NCBI GenBank assembly: GCA_963677595.1
Contig: OY782041.1
Location: forward strand, 992,001 to 1,056,000
Direction: 5' to 3'
DNA length: 64,000 bases
Source: Spirochaetia bacterium
GTDB lineage: Bacteria > Spirochaetota > Spirochaetia > CAKZLE01
The notes under the pieces were generated by a model. The model was given only the letters and a program-made list of their open reading frames with translations, was not told the DNA's origin and did no database searches. Shown here in pieces: positions 58,182 through 64,000 of this stretch (the stretch's first letter is position 1; each line of letters begins with the position of its first letter). The position numbers and the translations under genes are program-made.

Positions 58182-59663
58182 TCATGATTTTCGGACTTCC
58201 TTGAAGAAGGATATCAGGATACTTGCTACCCCTATTGCCAGGAAGATCGCTGACACCGGCCTGGTCAAGAAGGTGATTATGCCTTCAGGACTATAACTGA
58301 AACCGCGTCTGAGATTAGATTCGAGCATCTTACCCAAGATCATTGACAGTAAGAAAGGAACTGCAGGTAAATCAGCCCATTTCATCAACACCCCTATAGC
58401 AGCAAACACCAGCATGAGCCCAATATTGAATATAGTATTGGTTGTGATGAAGGCTCCGACAAAACACAGGATGATGATGGTCGGATACAGATAGTGATAA
58501 GGGATCTGCAGGATCTTGGGAAATAGTCTTACCCCGAAATACTGCATACCAAAGATCACAACTGCGGCAAACAAAGCCGAGAAGAACATCACATAGACAA
58601 GAGAAGGGTTATTCGTGAACAGAAGGGGCCCCGGCTCTATACCATGGATCGTCAAGCCCCCAAGGAGGACTGCCGTTGTAGCATCTCCCGGGATACCAAG
58701 TGACACCATGGGGATCAAGGCTCCGCCTACAGATGCATTATTTGAGGATTCAGAAGCAAATATGCCCTCCAAGCTTCCTTTACCAAATTCCTCAGGATGT
58801 TTTGATGCATTCTTGGCAGTACTATATGCTACCAGGTTCGATAACCCGGCACCCATCCCAGGAAGGAACCCAATCCATAATCCTATGAAGAATGAACGGA
58901 CGATGTTGAATATATTGTCCTTGAACTCCTTGAGAGTAACCCCAAACCCTTTCTGTGTATTCCCGGCATTCAATGTTGAGGCATCACTCTGATTCTTCTT
59001 ATAATAATCATAGGAAATCAGATAGATCGCAAAGAGCCCCAACATCAGAGCAACACCGTCGAAACCACCACCGAGATGGATATTACCGAAGGTAAATCGA
59101 TTATAGGCATCAACTGGAGCAAAACCGACACTGCTGAGGATCAGCCCGAAAGAAGCAGCACTCAAACCTTTGAAGATATTCTGTCTTGAGAGAGAGACAA
59201 TCGCAGATATTGCACAGAAACAGAGCGAGAAGATCTCCCAGGGGCCCAACTTCACTGCAAGATTTGCTATGAACTTACTCAAGAACATGGCTACGATACA
59301 GCTGAAGAAGGTGCTGATAAAAGAAGCGATGATCCCGATCCCAAGGGCTTTTTGAGATTGTCCCTTTTGGCTCAAGGGGTAAGCATCATAACAGGTCGCC
59401 ACATTGGAAGCAGTCCCGGGAATCCCCAATAATGTGGCAGCAATGAACCCTCCTGACACACCTCCGACCCAGATGCAGATAAGCATAGCAATACCCAGCT
59501 CAGGCGGCATCCCAAACGTGATAGGCAGCATCAGGGCCACCCCGATCGTTCCACTCAACCCAGGTAAAGCCCCAAAGACAACACCCATTGCTGATGCGAG
59601 CAGCAGCACGATGAAATTCATTGGATCGAATAAAACTGATACAACAACTCCTACGTATTCCAT
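58182..59663 (-). CDS. tctA: TTT large membrane subunit (second copy)
   Basis: GALPGL, IPGT, ESSNNA, LGIPGD. Confidence 0.93.
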   Translation of the reverse strand: MEYVGVVVSVLFDPMNFIVLLLASAMGVVFGALPGLSGTIGVALMLPITFGMPPELGIAMLICIWVGGVSGGFIAATLLGIPGTASNVATCYDAYPLSQKGQSQKALGIGIIASFISTFFSCIVAMFLSKFIANLAVKLGPWEIFSLCFCAISAIVSLSRQNIFKGLSAASFGLILSSVGFAPVDAYNRFTFGNIHLGGGFDGVALMLGLFAIYLISYDYYKKNQSDASTLNAGNTQKGFGVTLKEFKDNIFNIVRSFFIGLWIGFLPGMGAGLSNLVAYSTAKNASKHPEEFGKGSLEGIFASESSNNASVGGALIPMVSLGIPGDATTAVLLGGLTIHGIEPGPLLFTNNPSLVYVMFFSALFAAVVIFGMQYFGVRLFPKILQIPYHYLYPTIIILCFVGAFITTNTIFNIGLMLVFAAIGVLMKWADLPAVPFLLSMILGKMLESNLRRGFSYSPEGIITFLTRPVSAIFLAIGVASILISFFKEVRKS

Positions 59664-59674
59664 ACACTTATCCC

Positions 59675-60127
59675 TTAAAAAAGTTTACCAGGCGGTAAAA
59701 TAACTGAAAGTATCTGATCGAACAGAACCCAGATCAAGATAGTCATAATGATCGAGAACAAAGCCTTCTTATACCACTTGATACGTTTGCCATAGGAGAA
59801 CATCGTTACCAACGCATATAATACCAGTGGAGAAGTGATGAGGAAGCCCAAATACTTCATTGAGATGACACAGAAAATGAACACAACCGATATCAGCCCA
59901 AGGCGTTTTGCTTCCTCTCTCGAGATCACGCTGCCCTGTGGACCTGTTTTAGCAAAGATCGAGGTGCCAAACCCGAAAATGATCATCCCAACACTCCCAA
60001 TAAGCGGGAAGAGTCGCGACCCGGGGTCCGCAGACCCCGGATCAGCGGAAGGGATTTGCAACGTTAAAATAAGGGCGATTATTCCTAGAACTACTAGTAT
60101 TGCCCCGATGACTCTATCACGTTTCAC
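59675..60127 (-). CDS. tctB: TTT small membrane subunit (second copy)
   Basis: DPGSRLFP, LGFLIT, LPPG; operon position. Confidence 0.87.
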   Translation of the reverse strand: MKRDRVIGAILVVLGIIALILTLQIPSADPGSADPGSRLFPLIGSVGMIIFGFGTSIFAKTGPQGSVISREEAKRLGLISVVFIFCVISMKYLGFLITSPLVLYALVTMFSYGKRIKWYKKALFSIIMTILIWVLFDQILSVILPPGKLF

Positions 60128-60148
60128 AAACTGCTCCCTAAAAGGTAT

Positions 60149-61141
60149 CTATCGTACAGATATACCAATCTCTTTTGTAGTATTCTTTACTATAGCATCA
60201 TAATCTTCATATACAGACAACTGTGAGTCGATATCTGTGAACACAAATGCCGCTTTAGCATTAGCTGTCTGCTCCAGGAACTCCTCATCATCGTTCAGTT
60301 TCTGCAATACACTCTCGATCTGCAGCTGTAACTCATGATCCATCCCGGCAGGTCCATACAGCAGAAGGACAACATCCCAATAACATCTTGGGTACCCCTG
60401 CTTTACGGCAGGAATGAACTCAGGGTATTTCGGGTCAGCTACAGAATCAACCAATCCCAGCACCTTCATCTGGCCGGAATCAACATACTGTTTTGCGGCA
60501 CTTGAGGTAATAGCACTGATACTGATATTCTTCCCAAGGATACCGGTGATCTTATCAGTCTGGCTGGCTGCATCGACAAGTCGCAGATCGATTTCAGTGG
60601 AGTCCATGAGGATTCCTGCTACGAGGTGTGCAGAACCGCCTTTCTGGCAGCCATAGGTCACCTCTCCAGGATGCTGCTTAGCATATTCCACAAGCTCCTT
60701 CATGTTGTTATAGGGAGCATCAGCATGTGCTACAAAAGCCTGGCTCATTCCCCCAAAGACGATCCCGAGAGGGGTGAAGTCATCATTAGGGCTATAGTTG
60801 TATGTTCCTGTATAATAATTCACATAGAAACCCGGGTGCCAGACCATCATTGCCGACCCATCAGGATCACTGTTCCTGGTAGACTCATAAGCTACCGTTC
60901 CAGCACCAGACGCTTGGTTAACAACAACAAAGTTCTCACCAGTCACACGCTGCAGTCCGCTTGCAAGGATCCTGGACATCACATCCGTACCACCACCAGC
61001 TTTTGCGGGCACATACATAGTCACACTTGACTGAGGCCAGCTCTTCACCGCGGTTCCTTCTTCTTGTGACCCATTCGCAGTAATCGTCCCAGCGACTACT
61101 AATCCTACAAGTAGTAAAACCAAATACAATTTCGTTTTCAT
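60149..61141 (-). CDS. tctC: TTT substrate-binding protein (second copy)
   Basis: Signal peptide; WP...V...VP.KAGGGTD, VVVN..GAG, PDG, GPAGM. Confidence 0.9.
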   Translation of the reverse strand: MKTKLYLVLLLVGLVVAGTITANGSQEEGTAVKSWPQSSVTMYVPAKAGGGTDVMSRILASGLQRVTGENFVVVNQASGAGTVAYESTRNSDPDGSAMMVWHPGFYVNYYTGTYNYSPNDDFTPLGIVFGGMSQAFVAHADAPYNNMKELVEYAKQHPGEVTYGCQKGGSAHLVAGILMDSTEIDLRLVDAASQTDKITGILGKNISISAITSSAAKQYVDSGQMKVLGLVDSVADPKYPEFIPAVKQGYPRCYWDVVLLLYGPAGMDHELQLQIESVLQKLNDDEEFLEQTANAKAAFVFTDIDSQLSVYEDYDAIVKNTTKEIGISVR

Positions 61142-61174
61142 AGTTCCTCCTGTTTATTTATACATAGGCTACGC

Positions 61175-62152
61175 CTAGTAAGTTCTCCATCTTGGATGAT
61201 CATACACTTCCGGGTTACAGACGTTATCGATCTTCTCACCGTTTAGAATCCTCAAGGTACTTTCTGCCGCCAGCATGACAGTCTTCTTCGTTGTCTCCTG
61301 TGTCTGGGCCGCCATATGGGGGGTGACTAAGACGTTATCCATCTTCATCAGAGGATGATTGGTGCTCATGGGTTCTTCCATGAGAACATCAAGACCAGCT
61401 CCCTGGATCTTATGATCCTGAAGCGCCTCGATAAGGTCTTCCTCATTGACGACATCCCCTCTTGCACAGTTGATGAAGTATCCCGTCGTCTTCATGGCCT
61501 CGAAGAACGGCTTGTCAATACTCCCCCTGGTAGCATCGTTTGACGGCATATGCAGGGAGACAAAGTCCCCTAATGCAGCAGCCTCCGGAATAGTGTCGAC
61601 ATACCGGTATCCAAGGGCTTCAACAGCTTCCTTTTGGACGAAGGGATCATACACCACTACGTCCATACCAAGGGCACTGCACATGAGTGCCAGGTTCCTG
61701 CCGATGTTCCCGAACCCGAGTATCGAGACAGTCTTCCCCCCGAGTTCAGTGCTGACATACCGGTTCCTGACGGCAAAGTTGCCTTTCCGTGTCTCCAGGC
61801 AGCTCTCAAGGAGATTCTTCGCCAATCCGAGGATGAGCGTGAGGGCATGTTCGGCTACCGAGACCGCATTGACTGCCGGGCAGATCACTACCGGGATCCC
61901 ATGTTCGGTGGCTGCCTGTACATCCACGGAGTCTACCCCTACCCCTGGCCTGGTTATGACTTTCAGGTTCGGGCACTGTTCTATAGCCTTCCGATCGATC
62001 TTCCCGATCCTCAGGATATAGGCATCAGCCTGTTTCAGTTCTTCAAGGATCTCGTCACTGTTGCCGTTATCAGGGATAATCAGGTTGACTTTCCCCTCCA
62101 GCACATCCATCCCCGGCTTATATAATGCATGTGATAATACGACCGTCTGCAT
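61175..62152 (-). CDS. D-isomer-specific 2-hydroxyacid dehydrogenase (SerA-like)
   Basis: GVGVD, SVAEH, GFGNIG, INCARG, LDV..EP, TPHMAA. Confidence 0.93.
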   Translation of the reverse strand: MQTVVLSHALYKPGMDVLEGKVNLIIPDNGNSDEILEELKQADAYILRIGKIDRKAIEQCPNLKVITRPGVGVDSVDVQAATEHGIPVVICPAVNAVSVAEHALTLILGLAKNLLESCLETRKGNFAVRNRYVSTELGGKTVSILGFGNIGRNLALMCSALGMDVVVYDPFVQKEAVEALGYRYVDTIPEAAALGDFVSLHMPSNDATRGSIDKPFFEAMKTTGYFINCARGDVVNEEDLIEALQDHKIQGAGLDVLMEEPMSTNHPLMKMDNVLVTPHMAAQTQETTKKTVMLAAESTLRILNGEKIDNVCNPEVYDHPRWRTY

Positions 62153-62154
62153 AC

Positions 62155-63051
62155 CTACTCTCCACTCTCGTCATAGGTGATCAAGAATTCAGCCAGAAGC
62201 GCCTTCAGTTTCGCATCAAGTTCAGGACCAGGTACCAGTGAAGGCGTCCGGTTGTTCCCAACCGCCGGGTTCATCACATAGACTGCCCGCTTCACGAGCG
62301 CCGGGCCGAACCCGAGGCTGTAGAGCTTGGTGCGGAAGTCCAGGAGTTTCGCCTGTATCTTCTCTGCCTCTTCAGTATTACCCTGCTCATAGTTCGTGCA
62401 GATAGCATTCACCCAGCCTGGGACAATATTGGAAAGCCCAGACACACAGCCGGAAGCACCTTTGGTCAGCCCATGATAGATCTGGCTGTCAGCACCAGCC
62501 AGGACCTCGAAGGTATCAGAAGCCATGGCACAATAGGCATCAAGGTGCTCGATATTCCCGCTGCTGTCCTTGATCCCCATGATATTCTCATGACCAGCCA
62601 ACCGTGCGACCGTCTCTGGTTCCAGACCGTTCTGGGTCCGTGCGGGAATATCATACATATAGACGGGAAGCTTCGACTGATCAGCGATCTTCGCGTAATG
62701 GGTGTATAATCCCTCCTGCGTACAGGAGATGAAATAGGGGTTTATCACAGCGACCCCGTCCACCCCAAGGTCAGTGATCTCGTTTGTCAGCTGCATGACC
62801 TGGAATGTCGAGGGAGCACCGACATTGATGATCACCTTCACCTTCCCGGCAGCCTCTTCAACACAGATCTTGATGATCTCAAGTTTCTCCTCTGCCAGGA
62901 GGCTGGCAAAATCACCATTGGTACCGCAGCCAAGGATGTGGTTGCCATGGGAGATCTGTCTTCTGATCTGCTCGCGTGTACTCTCATAATCTATGGTCTC
63001 ATCTTCATGATACGCTGTCACGATCGCTGAATATGGATATATCTTCTTCAT
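62155..63051 (-). CDS. DapA/NanA family class I aldolase/dehydratase
   Basis: GTNGD, PYF, YDIPART, GIKDSSG (Schiff-base Lys). Confidence 0.9.
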   Translation of the reverse strand: MKKIYPYSAIVTAYHEDETIDYESTREQIRRQISHGNHILGCGTNGDFASLLAEEKLEIIKICVEEAAGKVKVIINVGAPSTFQVMQLTNEITDLGVDGVAVINPYFISCTQEGLYTHYAKIADQSKLPVYMYDIPARTQNGLEPETVARLAGHENIMGIKDSSGNIEHLDAYCAMASDTFEVLAGADSQIYHGLTKGASGCVSGLSNIVPGWVNAICTNYEQGNTEEAEKIQAKLLDFRTKLYSLGFGPALVKRAVYVMNPAVGNNRTPSLVPGPELDAKLKALLAEFLITYDESGE

Positions 63052-64000
63052 CTAGGCTAACCCTCCTAATCTTGCTGCATAATTAATGGCATTCACCAAG
63101 CTCGACTCACTGGCAGTTCCCTTCCCTGCCTGGTCAAAGGCCGTACCGTGATCGACTGAGACACGGATGATGGGCAGTCCAACGGTGATGTTCACCCCTT
63201 CCACATCCTTCCACGCCTGCTTCTCCCGATCATAGACGAACCCAACCAGTTTCAGGGGAATATGGCCCTGGTCATGGTACATCACCACGACTATGTCATA
63301 GAGTCCGCCCTTTGCCATCGAAAAGATGGTATCTGGGGGAAAGGGCCCGGAGGCATCGATGCCTTCTGTCTTTGCCTGTTCTATGGCAGGGATGATTTCT
63401 TCGAGTTCCTCCCGCCCGAACAGTCCGCCCTCCCCGGCATGGGGGTTCAGGCCGGATACGGCAATCCTTGGGTTCTCGATTCCCAGCTGCTTGAGGCTCT
63501 CGTCAGCGAGGCGAATCACCTCTGCTACCCGATCCTTCTTCACCCTCCTGCAGGCCTCCATGAGGGAAACATGGGTTGATACATGGATCACCCGGAAGTC
63601 ATGGTGGGCAAGCATCATGGCATAGCTCTTCGTGCCGGTAAGGTTGGCATAGATCTCCGTATGTCCCGCAAACGGACAGCCAGCCAGCTTGATCGCAGCC
63701 TTGTTGATCGGAGCCGTGACCGTTGCCTGGATCTTCCCGTCCAGGGCCAGCCTGATCACCTGTTCCACCGCATCGTAGGCTGCCTTGCCGCAGTACTCGG
63801 AGACTTCCCCGATTCTGAACTTGTCGGGATCAGCATTCCCAAGATCATAGACGTTTATGGTGCCGGCTGAGAAGTCAGCGGCATCAATGGTCTTAATGCC
63901 GTTGACCTTCACCGATGCACCGACGAACCCTGCTGCCTGTCTCATTATCCGGGGGTCACCGACAACGACACAATCAGCAAGTGCCTGTACATCCTCATGC
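63052..64000 (-). CDS. pdxA: PdxA family dehydrogenase (PdxA2-like), 5' end outside the window
   Basis: TAPINK, GHTE, HVSTHVSL, GLNPHAGE, MYHDQGHIP, RVSVDHGTAFD; frame stays open to the window edge. Confidence 0.92.
   Translation of the reverse strand, partial: HEDVQALADCVVVGDPRIMRQAAGFVGASVKVNGIKTIDAADFSAGTINVYDLGNADPDKFRIGEVSEYCGKAAYDAVEQVIRLALDGKIQATVTAPINKAAIKLAGCPFAGHTEIYANLTGTKSYAMMLAHHDFRVIHVSTHVSLMEACRRVKKDRVAEVIRLADESLKQLGIENPRIAVSGLNPHAGEGGLFGREELEEIIPAIEQAKTEGIDASGPFPPDTIFSMAKGGLYDIVVVMYHDQGHIPLKLVGFVYDREKQAWKDVEGVNITVGLPIIRVSVDHGTAFDQAGKGTASESSLVNAINYAARLGGLA

Noticed and set aside
62155-64000. dapA and pdxA as lysine or vitamin B6 biosynthesis genes
   Set aside because: Context with a TTT transporter and hydroxyacid dehydrogenase, and GTNGD instead of GTTGE, point to catabolic paralogues

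Overview
A gene-dense bacterial chromosomal window of an anaerobic sugar fermenter. The solute-binding proteins begin with A-x-G-x-x-E-type mature N-termini, which suggests a free-living Spirochaetota (inference). There is no rRNA, intact tRNA, CRISPR array, transposase or integrase. From left to right: (1) two convergent type II antitoxin genes without intact toxins, and a Fic gene; (2) an 11-kb kinase-free catabolic block (two Zn-dehydrogenases, a TIM-barrel epimerase, an Fe-S aldo/keto reductase, a VOC protein, a split transketolase, RpiB, an MFS carrier and a tungsten-type aldehyde:ferredoxin oxidoreductase with ThiS/MoaD and ThiF/MoeB), whose transketolase and RpiB appear to have lost phosphate-binding residues; (3) an ascorbate-type ulaG/ulaD/ulaE/araD locus with no PTS, carrying an FGGY kinase, a tripartite tricarboxylate transporter (TTT) and a cytoplasmic sulfatase instead; (4) tupABC behind a Moco/Tuco RNA motif, plus DUF4125 and DUF4037; (5) PadR-DUF1048 genes, a YphC-like dehydrogenase, regulators, an aldo/keto reductase, a second Fic gene bracketed by one palindrome, and an unannotated tandem-pseudoknot candidate RNA; (6) a fucI/fucU locus with sugar ABC transporter and three-component sensor; (7) secreted proteins and lipoproteins; (8) a pdxA2/DapA-like/2-hydroxyacid dehydrogenase/TTT/metallo-beta-lactamase-fold operon that runs off the right edge. 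All family calls come from motif recognition by eye; no database searches were run.
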